64,000 nucleotides of DNA from Eledone cirrhosa (Eukaryota): NCBI GenBank assembly GCA_964016885.1, contig OZ024742.1, forward strand, positions 148,614,001-148,678,000, given 5' to 3'. Positions 12,134 through 25,654 of this stretch are shown in pieces. The position numbers were made by a program, and so were the translations under genes. The notes under the pieces are model-generated. The model ran no database searches and had not been told where the DNA came from. It was given only the letters and a program-made list of their open reading frames with translations. Numbering within the stretch: position 1 is the first letter of the stretch; each line of letters begins with the position of its first letter.

Positions 12134-13230
12134 CCCAGGTGCAGTACAAGATACAGTAAAAGTGCACCATATTTTAGTCATGTTGTTTATCATTTGAATT
12201 GTTTTCTCGCTTGTTTATTTGATTTATGTGGCTTCTTTTCACTTTTCCAACTCAAACTTCTCATCTTGTTCATCTTTGCCACTTTATCGTAATTTTACTT
12301 TTTTCTTTTATTCCTCATCACTTCATTCTTACTGTTTGTTTCACTTGCATTGTTTACTTTCACTTTTAACTTTATTTTTTGTCTTTCCTCGTTTCTGTCT
12401 TACGACATACTTTCGTTTTATTTTACACTTTTCCTTCATTCATCACATAAGTAGTTTGTATTTTATTTTTTCATTCTTTTACTCTCTAGACTTCTGTTTC
12501 ATTCTTGTCTTTTTTTCTGTTTTCCATTTTATTCCTTTTTAAAATTTATATCTAGTTCTTCTCCATTCTTTCCTTCGGCTTTCATTCTTTATCATTGGTT
12601 CATTTTTTTACTCAGTTCGATTGTTATTTTGTCAAACATTCACTCAATAGAGACAAAGACAATTTTTCGACATATATTAGATGGCCTGGTGTTTACCATA
12701 GACTTATCGACGCTAGCACCTGTGATAAATGGTGAAGCAGCATCTACAAAGTTTTCAAAATGAAACAATAAAGGAGTAAGTTTTCATTTGCCTTCTCTAA
12801 AGAAATGTAGGCGTTTAAAAACAGCTAACAGTCATACAATACTCCCACTACTTGCTTTGATAACAGTATACATTCCATATAATATCACTAGCATCTTACT
12901 AAACTGGACAAGCGAGGTTTTGAATGCCTTTGATGTGAGTGTTGCACCTATATGATAGGAGCTATTAACCCGTCGCCGACTGGCATACTGTTAACGATTC
13001 TCGAACAAGACACAAACGAATATATATATAGAGAGAGAGAGAGATGGAGGGGGTAAAGAGTATAGTGCACCATGTACAACGTTTTGTCTTTTTAATACTT
13101 AATTGTTTGCTTTACGTTCAGTGTTTGATATGAAATCTTTTCGTATTACTCTTTCCATAGAAATTAAAGAGTGGATTTAAGTTGTTAAACTTGATCTTTT
13201 GTCATTATATATATATATATATATATATAT

Positions 13231-13395
13231 AGGGAAAACTATGACCACGACGGCAGAGCTCAAGCCGTTTCGTCGAAACGGCTTGAGCTCTGCCGTCGGA
13301 GTCATACTTTTTCCTATTTCCCACTCTACTACCCTAAGTATTGAGTACTCTGGTGCGTTATGGTCCATCTGGTCCTTACCACAATTCCTTTGTTA
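13231..13395 (+). mobile_element. Family A fold-back cassette (copy 2)
   Basis: Homologous to 10789; folds at tttcgtcgaaa with stem II almost absent. Confidence 0.85.
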
Positions 13396-13406
13396 TATAT
13401 ATATAT

Positions 13407-13442
<36 letters not shown>

Positions 13443-13461
13443 GGAGAGAGAGAGAGAGAGG

Positions 13462-13565
<104 letters not shown>

Positions 13566-13568
13566 CAA

Positions 13569-13653
13569 CTGAAGAAGACCGTGCACAAATAAAGCCAGAT
13601 GATGTAGACCCTGAAGAAGACCGTGCACAAATAAAGCCAGATGATGTAGACCC
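13569..13653. repeat. 42-bp tandem duplication
   Basis: ctgaagaagaccgtgcacaaataaagccagatgatgtagacc x2. Confidence 0.9.
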
Positions 13654-14456
13654 CTGCAACGCAGAAAGGTGGCTTATTATGAAAAGCTCGCTTGAGTTAG
13701 ACGCTTTATTAAACATCACAAGTCAAACTTTCAAAAGTTTTTCTCCAGAGCTGCAAATTCATTTACGTTTTTGGGGCGCCTAAATACACAATTGCCCAGT
13801 TAAGTAAATTAAAGTTTAAAATTAAAACCAAACCCATTATACTGGTGCTAAAAGGATGAACTTCATTGGGCCACATCAATATCTGGTTTCTATCGAGTTC
13901 TGTCTACCAGATAAATCTGTACCATATACTCTGTGGTGCACTGAATATATAATCATATTAATAGAAAGAGACCCTTCTTACCAGAAACCTTTCAACGGGG
14001 ATCTTTCAACGGGCATCAGAAACATGATACAATATGTCATTTTTCCTTACTCGGCTCTACCCAAAACAAATACAAGAAGCGTCAACTCGACAAAAACGCA
14101 CTACACAAAACACAATTACCAAGAACTAATTTAAGCATAACTAACTATATTTTGATATTTCGGATTACACCTTCAGCTGAACTCCCACAATAGACTAAAA
14201 CACTACATGAACTAAACTATATTCAACAGAAAGTATGGGATTATATCCCATTCTTCTTTTTCTATAGAATTGGTAATTATCTGCTTTATGGTTATATCTA
14301 AACATTAAATATAGTTTGTTTAGTTTTTATTAATGTGAAAAACATTCTTTTCGCGTTTATTCTGTTTCTAGTCTTTGTTTCTTTGGGGAGATTTTCTTAA
14401 TCCAAGTTTTATTACAATCCGTTGATGGAAATCCGATAATAAATATTTTCTATACC

Positions 14457-14547
<91 letters not shown>

Positions 14548-15130
14548 ATCTTTTGTTTATACCAGGACAGTTTCTTACAGTTCTTCAGTAAGTTTCATCA
14601 ATTGGAATCTAGTGCTTAATATAAATTTGTGAAACACTGTTTTGAGTCCAGGTTGAATCCATCTATTGAATAATTATAGTTATGGTTGAGACCATTTTAT
14701 TTCTCTTACGTTGAAATGTTATTGGAAAAGACGTGAATGTTACAATGTTCGATTTTCCATATATATATATATATGTGTGTGTGTTTGTGTGTGTGTGTGT
14801 GTGCATATGAGTGTGAAGGTGTGTGTGTGCATGTGTGTGAGTGTGTGTAATATATACATATGTGTGTGTGTGTTTTAACAAATACAATGGAGTTTACAAA
14901 CAGAAGTGTGTTAGGATCCTTTACTATTGTTTTTGTGTATAATATCCAATGTATTTTCCCATTCCAAAAACTTCCTTGGACACCCTATGTATTGCCCTAA
15001 TTTTGAATCGGAAGGCAAATAACCACCATCAATTATCATCACCTTCGTCACATTATTGGTTTTGATAGTAATCCCGAAGATGTTACCCGTCATACGAGGG
15101 TTGTAATAACAATCAAATTATTACTTATCT

Positions 15131-15320
15131 AGGGCGGTGGATTGGCAGTATTGGTAGAGGGTCGGACGCCATGCTTTGACGCACAGAGTTACGGCCCTTG
15201 CCATTCTGAGTTCAAATCCCGCCGAGGTAACTTTGCCTTTCATCCTTACGGGGGTCGATAAAATAAAGTACCAGTAATGTACTGGGTAATTGCTGGCCTT
15301 GTACCAATAGTAGAAATAAT
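15131..15320 (+). mobile_element. tRNA-derived SINE with TSD
   Basis: Full copy; aattattacttatct flanks both ends. Confidence 0.9.
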
Positions 15321-15810
15321 TATTACTTATCTCTTTCATAGCAGCAATAGTCTTGTTAGTATTTTCATAAATATTGTTATAATATAATAGTAGGGTTGCA
15401 ATACTAATCATGTTGTAATAGTAACAATACGGGTAGTAATAGTAATCATATAATGGTACATGCGCACGCACACTCACAAGACAGCAGAACGGCTCGGAAA
15501 TCAAACCAGAATCGACAAGATTACATAGGACTACAGCTACATACAGATTGATGAATTGTAGATAACTATCAAAATCACCATGATACATCTTTTTAATACA
15601 TTTGTGACCTTGAATACTGGTGCAGTTGATGTTTCGATTCAGATTCTTGCAACAGAGCAAATCTTGCTACGGGCACGAACAGACGAGGTGGTGTTATTGG
15701 TATGTTGTTTTTGCTGTTCTATAGTCTCAATCATAATTTAGTTACCTATGATTGAAGGCGATTCATCTTAGATCATTTTGACATTTTAGATGTATGGGGA
15801 ACTGCCTTAG

Positions 15811-15935
15811 ACGGCGAATTAGCAGAGTCGTTAGAATGTCACATAGAAGGATTTGCGCTCTGAGTTCAAATCCCGCTGAGATCAACTTTACCTTTCATCC
15901 TGTCGAGGTTGATAAAAAGTAATGTCCATTACTGG
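15811..15935 (+). mobile_element. Degenerate SINE copy
   Basis: ggcgaattagcagagtcgttaga...ctgagttcaaatcccgc...cctttcatcc. Confidence 0.7.
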
Positions 15936-16150
15936 GAACAATTCTTCCCCCTATATCTCTTTCCTCTTGAAGAAGACGGTTCTGTTCATGTCTGTAATGG
16001 GATCCACCGGGTTTACAAAATGTCCAAGAAACGCCATATGTTACTGTTGGTTTGTGGTGATGGTGTTAGTGTTAAAGCGAGTGGTGTGTTATGGTCTATC
16101 AACCTTTGAAGCATTTTATAACATCGGCTCAACAATCAGTCTGTAGACAG

Positions 16151-16322
16151 CTGACCTGCCAACCTCTAAAAACCCAAACAGCGAGTACCATGAAAACAAG
16201 GGCTTCAAAACGGGGAGAAATGAGGCAAAATGGGGACATTTTACATAACGAGAGCTATACTTATTTTCACCCCAAAGTGGATGGGAGATCTCCCCGTCGG
16301 ACGAGGAGAGTTGACAGGTCTG
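16151..16322 (+). mobile_element. ~170-bp MITE with short TIRs and 6-bp TSD
   Basis: ctgacctgccaac...gttgacaggtctg flanked by agacag on both sides; homologues at 17953 and 38556. Confidence 0.8.
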
Positions 16323-16616
16323 AGACAGCGACTACCCTCTCATTAATTAGGATTCAGCGAGTTTATGAAGCGAGATATTAAGAAATCTTAGATATATTAT
16401 AGCAGATGAGATCTTGATATATAGAAAAACTGATCTGCTACAATAGTTGGGCTTCTATTTTTTCATTACCTTTTAAAACCACACAAAATATTGACTATTT
16501 GAGTGATATTTAACTCATCCAATACCTTATTGTCTCAATTCGGTCAGCTTTTCACCCGGGAGAAGATACAATAAATTCTGTAAAACTAATATAGTTCTGC
16601 TTTCTTCCTTTTAAAC

Positions 16617-16665
16617 TAACTGCGACGTTATTGCTTTATCACAGTAATAATACCGAAACGTTGTT
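16617..16665 (+). ncRNA. Decayed hammerhead motif
   Basis: aac/gtt flank, ctg-cga core with a deletion, ttattgct/agtaataa stem, GAAA cg TT. Confidence 0.45.
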
Positions 16666-16793
16666 CTAATAGTTTGATTATTATGTCCAGTCTTCAGAGA
16701 ATTGTTTCATAACATTTTCAACAGTTAACTACAGATTGTGTCAGAACATACAAAATATAATTATCTCGTTTGGTTCTAGACAGCGAGATTATT

Positions 16794-16885
<92 letters not shown>

Positions 16886-16953
16886 GCTCTCGCTCCCACT
16901 CCATACACACACATATATTCATGTATATATATATATATATTTATATGTAGGCT

Positions 16954-17014
<61 letters not shown>

Positions 17015-17952
17015 GTACACAGTATATTTATTGAATATTTGCATAGTTTCGTGACAAAGCCGCAGTGTGTGTGTTTCGATCTTACATTATCAAAAGAATG
17101 CAAAATGTTATGATTTGAGGAAATATATAGTTAAATATATATCTCTAGACAAGAATTTATTATCGTTGGATGTCGGGGAAGAGCGTGGGGAAGAGGATAT
17201 TAGAGGAAAAGAAGCGAGGAAATGAATATTATATTTGTTGAAGGATAACAAGGTTGGCAAAGTATAAAATGTTGAACATAAGGAGGGAAAGGTGTGGATG
17301 AAATGGAGAGCAGAAGTAAATGATGAAAAGAGTTAAATAGAAAACCAGGAAGAGTTAAATAGAAGACCAGGAAAGAGGAGTTAAAGAAGCTTATCAAATA
17401 AACAGAATAAAAGTAAGGGAAACCGAAAATATAAACAAAGGTAAAATATCCAATAGATTGGGCTGAATATGGATAGATCTGTTAAAAATAAAAATACAAA
17501 TACAGGGCTTAATGATCAAAGTAAGAAACTAAGACAGGCAGGCTAGTGTTCAGAATAAATTTGAAGAACAAATGAAGAGTAAGGTTATATAAATAAGGTT
17601 ATAAAAATGTATCTTATTAATATATGAAAAGTAATTAGATAAATAAATAGATGTATAATTTTTTATTAAATACAGAAAAAAGAAATGTGGAAATATGTAT
17701 CTAAGGCCAAATGAAACGTTAGGAAGCGTTATATGATTGAGTATAGTAAGTAGAGTCATTAAGCTTGTTGCCTATTTGATAAGATTCGTGGCCTGTAGCA
17801 ATGGTACATTTTCGAGGACTTACATTTACAAACTGTGTTTATTGAGGATATTACTTATAGTAAATAGGGTAGCGAAATTATGCAAATATTCAACAACTAT
17901 TATTTCTCTATGCTTTTAATGTTTTAATCTTAAGTTTGATTATTTCATAGTG

Positions 17953-18123
17953 CTGACCTCTAAAAAAAAACCAAAACATACCCCAAAACGGGAAGAAATG
18001 AGGGAAAATGGGAAGATTTTACATAATGAAAGCTATACCCATTTTCACAAGTGAAGACATCTCTCACCCACCCGAAAGTAGGTGGGTGATCTCCCCGTCG
18101 GACGGGGACAGTTGACAGGTCTG
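17953..18123 (+). mobile_element. MITE, same family as 16151
   Basis: Shared body gatctccccgtcggacgggga and terminus gttgacaggtctg. Confidence 0.75.
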
Positions 18124-18514
18124 GCAGTGGCTGCTTTTGTTCATTCGCCCCACATGTTACGTTTCTTTTCGTGTGCAACTTTACTATTTGCAGTCGTAAG
18201 AAGTTTATTATTATTTGTTTTCGTACTCGCTTTGCTGTCCTAGTCCAAATAAATTTATTTATTCTCCCCGGTCTCTCTGACGTTATGTTGTCTCATATGT
18301 ATCTTTTCGGTGGCTTGTTCTAAGCTGTCGTTCAATTTGAGCTAAATATTATATAATACTACCCTTACGCACGAAATTGCATTGGCTGGCCAGGGGGTAG
18401 CTGATAAGGAAGTTAGATGTATTTGTTCATTTGCCCCACATAGTTCGATTTTTTCGGGTGCAAGTTTACTACACACACACATACATATATATATATGTGT
18501 GTGTGTGTGTGTGC

Positions 18515-18715
18515 ATCAGGATGGATTCAGTTTGAAACTGGTTAGACCATTACTCACCAGAGTACTCGATACTTAGGATAGTAGAATATAGTTATATTAT
18601 AAAAAGTCGGGACACCGATGGCTGAGCCCTCGCCGCTTCAACAGCCAGTTCCTGCCTGGAACTGGCTGTTGAAGCGGCCAGGACTCAGCCGTCGGTGTCC
18701 CGACTCTTTATAATA
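18515..18715 (-). mobile_element. Family A-related fold-back half-hammerhead cassette
   Basis: Hairpin centred on acagccagttcc tgcct ggaactggctgt, then GAAG CGGC..GCCG TC; tail ctactatcctaagtatcgagtactctggtg matches family A. Confidence 0.75.
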
Positions 18716-18791
18716 TATATATATATATATATATATACATATCAAACAAAACAAGAGTAGTAAAGACAGGTTTATTTCACCATGATTGTTT

Positions 18792-18853
18792 ATTGCGTGA
18801 TATACATTTCTATTACGTGGTTTTGCATGTGACTTCATCAGATACCTACGCAA
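18792..18853 (-). ncRNA. Hammerhead-like motif (intact core, weak stems)
   Basis: Minus strand: gcgtaggtat CTGATGA agtcacatgcaaaaccacgtaata GAAA tgtata TC acgcaat, then a short tail into (TA)n. Confidence 0.5.
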
Positions 18854-19269
18854 TCATTGGTGCAGTTGTCGGTGGTCGGCTCCGACTCGAAGACGGTATG
18901 AATCGTGTTGACCATCTCGTAGACAAGAGAGAGTGAGAGAGAGACACGAGCAACCGGAAGTGAGAGGGAGAAGGGAAAGGGGGATAATCCAGAAGGTTTT
19001 ATTTTACGACGGTGGTAAAAACGTGTCGCAAAAGATTGCCAACAGAGAAGTTTTTATGACACGTGTAAACATGTCAACAATCAAAACCGAACGGATGGAT
19101 AGAGAGAGAGAGGGAGGGAGAGAGAGAAAAAACGAGAGTGGGGAGGAGAAGGGAAGAGAGAAGGGGAGGGTTGATGCGAAACCACCATCCTAAACCTTGT
19201 TTTTAGTAACCACACAGCTCCTTTCGTTTCGTATCATTTTATATATATATATATATATATACGCTAGCT

Positions 19270-19325
<56 letters not shown>

Positions 19326-19333
19326 CGCTAGCT

Positions 19334-19438
<105 letters not shown>

Positions 19439-19593
19439 GGAAAAAATGAAATTTCATTTCTCACTCTTAGTACGGTTGTTACTTAAATATAAGTATGTAT
19501 ACGTACATACATATATGTATACAGACGTACAGTAGTATGTACATTATGTATGTACGTATACATACTTATATTTATTTATATATATATATATAC

Positions 19594-20005
<412 letters not shown>

Positions 20006-20149
20006 CTGTTGAGCGAAGGCTGGGAAGACAACGAAACAGAGTAATACTCATTACAAGAGGCTTATAAACCAAAACAAAACCATCAGATTTTAATTATAAG
20101 CACATTGTAATTATTTATTAGTTCTTCTTGATCCTATCTTAGCATTGAA

Positions 20150-20830
20150 TAAAATTTGCTCTCATACATATTATCTACACCGCTACGTCTGTATCCTTGG
20201 TAGAATCCGATTTAGTGCATAGAAGAGATGATTAGATTGATATTGATCTGGGCATATAATGCTTATGGAAGATGACAGTTGAGTGAAGAAACGCCAGGAG
20301 TTCAAGGTGGAAGGAAGCCATGGAAGAGGACGATGAAAGAAATCATTTTACTTTTATGGACATCATCTTCAAAAATTGCTAGCTGGAAATTATTCAGCTA
20401 TTCTTAATAGAATTTTAGTCTAATGGCTATTTTTATAGTATACATGTTTTTTTTTTGTTTTTGTTTTTGTTTTTGTTTTTGTTTTTTCATAGCAAGAAAT
20501 TGTTCTTCTCGCTCTACATAATGACGTAATTATCCTTGCATATTTTTCGGTCATCACTAGAGAATGTCTTCACGAACCATGTTATGTCTTCCTATTTTAT
20601 TATGGTTGTAACGTTTTTTTAATTATTTACCTCTGCGTCTACAGATTGATTGTACATGCCTCAAAATAAACCTTATTTAAGTGTTTCTCCGTGCACTGAA
20701 AAAGATAAACAGATTAGCTCAAGCTTCCATCTTTATCAAGACCTTCTTTGAAATCTTTCACAATCTCCAAAGGAACACGCAGCCAAAGATATTATGTAGC
20801 CATCAAATATGGATTTATATTAGTCCACAA
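20150..20830 (+). pseudogene. Possible highly decayed piggyBac-like transposase remnant
   Basis: Scattered codon-level resemblance only (e.g. ccatcaaatatggattt ~ KP.KYGF); no ORF. Confidence 0.25.
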
Positions 20831-20929
20831 TCTAATATTCAATTGAATTATCCACCGTAAGCACTAAAATTGTGCAAATTATAGGTCTAGTTCTCTAATT
20901 CTGCCATATCTGATAGATAGATAGATATA

Positions 20930-21778
20930 TTTCTTTATTAGCCACAAGGGCGCACAAGAAAAGGGGACAATACAAAGACATGCCGGGGATTTTACATACA
21001 GTCGTGTAAAAATATAAAAACAAACAATTACAACAATCGAAATCCCCAATAGGGGGGAGGCGCCACAAATGGGTTGTTTAATACCCCGTCGATAGAACAA
21101 CCCTCAACTCCAGGAGCGTGTTGTGCAAGTGCTCCTTTCTTCCTTTTGCTCTCTTCTTCAACCTACAGGCTTATAAACAGAGAAGGCCCAATCACTCGGG
21201 CTATTTTTGCTACATTCACCCACCTTTCAGTAAATTTACTGGGGTGCAGTGCCTCTCTCTCTACTCTGATTCTCTTTCTAAAGTGGTACCTAAAGAAGGG
21301 AATGAGTTGTTGTCCGGAGAGAAAGGCATCTGTCCTCAGTCCTCTCAACCTCGTCCACCATATAACTTCTTTCACCATAGCCACTATACAGAGGAAAACA
21401 GCCTCTCTTTCGTTTTTGAAAGAGGTTGGCGGTTTGATCCTTACTATGGACTCGGCAGTCAACTGGATTTGTCCCATACGCGACAGCAGTTGTTCCGCGT
21501 AGTTCCACAGGTAGGTTCCACGGCAGTGTACAGCGTGCAAGACGGTTTCAATGTCCTGCTCGCATCTTGGACACGTCCTCTTGGAAGGATCCCTGCCGGG
21601 CGTCCGTGCCTGTAGATCTTGTCACGAACCGATAGAGCTCCTCGGTAGCACTGCCAGGCCAGGAACCACTGGAAGTTGTCCATAGGTCTTAGGCGGAATG
21701 TCCTACCAAACAGACTGGTGAGTTCGTCGTCTTCGACGTCCAGAGTCTCTCAGAACATGTCGTCGCCCTTGTGACGTA
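20930..21778 (-). mobile_element. L1/Tx1-clade LINE 3' fragment
   Basis: FLAWQCYRGALSVRDK, a frameshifted CCHC-type region (ETVLHA), AMVKEVIWWTR...RKRIRVERE...F.ERWV; 3' end cttgtggctaataaagaaa followed by (TATC)n; homologous to 63428-64000. Confidence 0.85.
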
Positions 21779-21964
21779 CTAACCCTCTATAGAATGTCGA
21801 AGTGGAGTCTCCACTGATTGCTGTGCCCGCTTGACAGAGACTGTGAGCATAGATGGATAGATAGATAGATAGATAGCATGTGATGGAAGGTCAGGGATAT
21901 ATAAACGTCGTTCACAATATTTTGCATTATAAATATAGCAACGAATGTGTAATATAATGCATAC

Positions 21965-21995
<31 letters not shown>

Positions 21996-22061
21996 TGTAT
22001 GTATGTATGTATGTATGTATGTATGTATGTATGTATGTACGTACGTACACACATACATACA

Positions 22062-22096
22062 TGATGGCTGCCCCCTCGTTATCGAGTATGGCCATT
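22062..22096 (-). mobile_element. 35-bp LINE 3' terminus with (TATG)n tail (also at 22987-23020 and 24834-24868)
   Basis: aatggccatactcgataacgagggggcagcca occurs three times; it contains the ctcg-ataa-cgag hairpin and resembles RTE 3' UTR ends. Confidence 0.6.
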
Positions 22097-22120
22097 AATA
22101 ATTATTAATTAATTCTATCT

Positions 22121-22312
22121 AGGGTGGTAGATTGGCAGTATCGGTAGAGGGTCGGACTCCATGCTTTGACGCATAGAGTTACGGCTCTTGCCATTCTGAG
22201 TTCAAATTCCGCCGAGGTTAACTTTGCTTTTCATCCTTACGTGGTCGATAAAATAAAGTACCAGTAATGCATTGGGGTAATTACTGGCCTTGTTCCAAAA
22301 GTAGAAACAATT
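22121..22312 (+). mobile_element. tRNA-derived SINE
   Basis: Full copy; aattaattctatc flanks both ends. Confidence 0.88.
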
Positions 22313-23085
22313 AATTAATTCTATCGTGCAATGCCTGTGCGTGATGATATTTTTTAAAGTGAGGAAAGACTGTGCACTGAGCCAATCCCACTCACTGAGC
22401 GACAGTAGCTCTAGCCCGAAAAGAAGAAAAGATCAACATCATCGGTAACTACTGAGCCGCAGGTTTTATATCGGAGTTATCCCAGTTTCCTGAGTCGCCT
22501 TCTCCTAGAAGAATGTCCTGACAAAGGCTAGGGGTCCTTCACTCCCAGTGGTTTAACCACGCGATCGGGTGTCCAGCCCGACTATTTCTATGTCCCCGTG
22601 TATATACATACACATGCACCCATGTATATACACATATACATACATATGTACATGTGTATATACATATTTACACACTTTTGGATAGCCGTTGACTCTTATG
22701 AGTTCTTCCGCCCTTTGTCAGATTTTGTTTTTGTCCTGCTGGGTGTCCAAAATCACCCTCCGCACCAAGTAAACTTGGTGGCGTTGCCGGTTTAGTCGCC
22801 GACGACCCGACCATGCGACAGGTTGTACTGGGTTACATGTTACCAGTAGCACTCAAGAGTGACCCGACACACACACACACATACATACATACATACATAC
22901 ATACATACATACATGCATACATACATACATACATACATACATACATACATACATACATACATACATACATACATACATACATGATGATGGCTGCCCCCTC
23001 GTTATCGAGTATGGCCATTGCATGAGGAGAAAAAATAAATATATATATATTAATAGATAAATAAAAAATAAAATAAAATAAAAAA

Positions 23086-23114
<29 letters not shown>

Positions 23115-23116
<2 letters not shown>

Positions 23117-23311
23117 GGAACAAGTAAGACCCCGACGGCTGAGCTCAAGCCGTTTCGACGGCTAATTCTGAGAATTCACAGAATTAGCCATCGAAACGGC
23201 TTGAGCTCAGCCGTCGGGGTCTTACTTGTTCCTATTACCCACTCTACTACCCTAAGTATTGAGTACTTTGGTGCGTTATGGTCCACCTGATTCCTTACCA
23301 CATTTCCTTCG

Positions 23312-23313
<2 letters not shown>
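23115..23313 (+). mobile_element. Family A fold-back cassette (copy 3)
   Basis: Centre ggctaattctg agaattca cagaattagcc; GAAA CGGCT tgagctc AGCCG TC ggggtc. Confidence 0.85.
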
Positions 23314-23367
<54 letters not shown>

Positions 23368-23526
23368 ATATACATATATACACACATATATATATGCATA
23401 CACACATATACATTAATAACAACAACAACAACAACAACAATAATAATATACAATACATATATATATACACACACACGCGCACACATAAACATATCTATAC
23501 ACACACACACACACACACGATAGCAA

Positions 23527-24136
23527 CTAACAGTGCTGCGATCGAATGTGGCTTTTTAGCCCAGCCAATGATCTAAAATGTCTTGCACAGAGTCGGCAAC
23601 CAAAACATTCACTGGGAATAGCCGGCTGTGGTTGGAGTTCATGTACTTTTGCATGTCGCTTGAGCCCTCCTGTTGATTTACATTCTCTACCACATGTTTG
23701 GCAAGCATGATGAGTAGCATCTCCAACAGCAGCCTGGTAGTCAACCACTGGTCTTACTTTATGACTGCGAAGATGACTTTCGAGTCCAGCTTTGCTTAGG
23801 CAGAGTTTCGCACAGACGCTGCATGTCAGCACCATAGGAGGACCCTCGCCGTCTGGAAGTGCAACAGCAATGGCCTTCCTCACATCCCGCTTTACTTTCT
23901 CGTATGCGATTCGAGATGCCTCAAAGGCAACTTTTCCCTCATATACAGTCTTTCCTCATTTATTACGATCAGCAACAATATTTTCCCATGTATCAGCAGT
24001 GATGTTAGCGTCTTTCAAAGAGGATTTCAAGAGGATTTCAAGAGGATTTCAAGAGGATTTCAAGAGGATTTCAAGAGGATTACACCTCTTTTTTGGTTTA
24101 TGTGGCGGTCGTTTTCCTTTAACCAACTCTCCATAA
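23527..24136 (-). pseudogene. RTE-clade LINE ORF2 C-terminus with three C2H2 zinc fingers
   Basis: [17 protein letters not shown]...WENIVADRNK...FEASR...KRDVRK, then CSVC..HLRSH, CQTC..HAKVH, CRLC..HIRSQH; interrupted by an 11-bp tandem repeat. Confidence 0.8.
24014..24081. repeat. 11-bp tandem repeat (gaggatttcaa) about x6
   Basis: Seen directly. Confidence 0.9.
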
Positions 24137-24752
24137 AACATACATACATACATACATACATACATACATACATACATACATACATACATACATACATACA
24201 TACATACATACATACATAAGGTTACACACATATAGATACATAATTTCTGTAAATATGAAAATGTATAGTCATCTACATACATCGATATATATATATATTT
24301 ATACGCACAGCCATATAGATTCTTATATATTTAATTTAAAAAAAATGATTGCATTGCTATCTACATACGTACATACATACATACATACATACATACATAC
24401 ATACATACATACATACATACATACATACATACATACATACCACAAACACAGGTACACACAGATATATACATACATACACACCCGCACATGCACATATATA
24501 CATACATACACCAACGTACACAGATGCTCACTCACATGTATACGTGTAGATCAATGTTTTCTCTATGGTTATAACAATGACACTGGTGTTTATGCACTTT
24601 AGAAAATGTTGTTAGTGCTGTAATAAATGTCTTGTCCTGTCTAATACAAACAAATAGACGAACGGTGGAATGGTTGGGTGTAAATCATCAATCTATTTAG
24701 AACTAACTACTTATTCTCAGTTCGCTGAGGATTTATTGCTTTGCAATTATAG

Positions 24753-24801
<49 letters not shown>

Positions 24802-24940
24802 GTACATATATATTTACATATATATATATATGTTGGCTGCCCCCCTCGTTATCGAGTATGGCCATTGCACGAGATGAAAAAAAATGTATATATCTATACA
24901 TACATATATATATATATATATATATGTGTGTGTACATATA

Positions 24941-25020
<80 letters not shown>

Positions 25021-25023
<3 letters not shown>

Positions 25024-25192
25024 CGAAGGAAATGTGGTAAGGAACCAGGTGGACCATAACGCACCAAAGTACTCAATACTTAGAGTAGTAGAGTGGGTAA
25101 TAGGAACAAGTAAGACCCCGACGGGTGAGCTCAAGCCGTTTCGACGGCTAATTCGAAACGGCTTGAGCTCAGCCGTCGGGGTCTTACTTGTT

Positions 25193-25196
<4 letters not shown>
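25021..25196 (-). mobile_element. Family A fold-back cassette (copy 4)
   Basis: Reverse-complement match to 23115; stem II partly deleted. Confidence 0.85.
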
Positions 25197-25237
<41 letters not shown>

Positions 25238-25654
25238 GTGAGGTTTTTTTACAAAAGAAAAAATAACCGAGGTGTCCTACACGAGTGAAAGTATTAAGAA
25301 AAAAAGATGAAATCGAAAATGCAACTGGAGTCTTATTTTTAAAAAAATATATATATTTATTTGGTTCCTTTATCAGTTTCGCAGTTCTTCTGCTTTTCAA
25401 AAGTAGAGTTGAGATGGAGGGTCTGTGGTTTTTATTCACATCTCATTGGTCTTTGAATGTTACTTGTTTTATATGGAAAAAAGTCGCTCGAAACACCAGG
25501 TTTTTAAAGAAGTAATTTGATTGGTTGGTCAATAAGTATAATAAATTTCGCGCCAGTTCGCCTTACAAAGTTCTTCAAACGGGATGGGGGGGGGGGCACA
25601 GGTTGTTTTTTTCTTATATGAGTGTTTGAATTTCTTTTTACTTAAAAAGGGGTG

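Noticed and set aside
13569-13653. ctgaagaag in the 42-bp duplication as a hammerhead
   Set aside because: No GAAA box or closing stems.
23527-23883. Host C2H2 zinc-finger gene
   Set aside because: Continuous with RTE ORF2 C-terminal motifs and lacks TGEKP linkers; treated as retrotransposon-derived.
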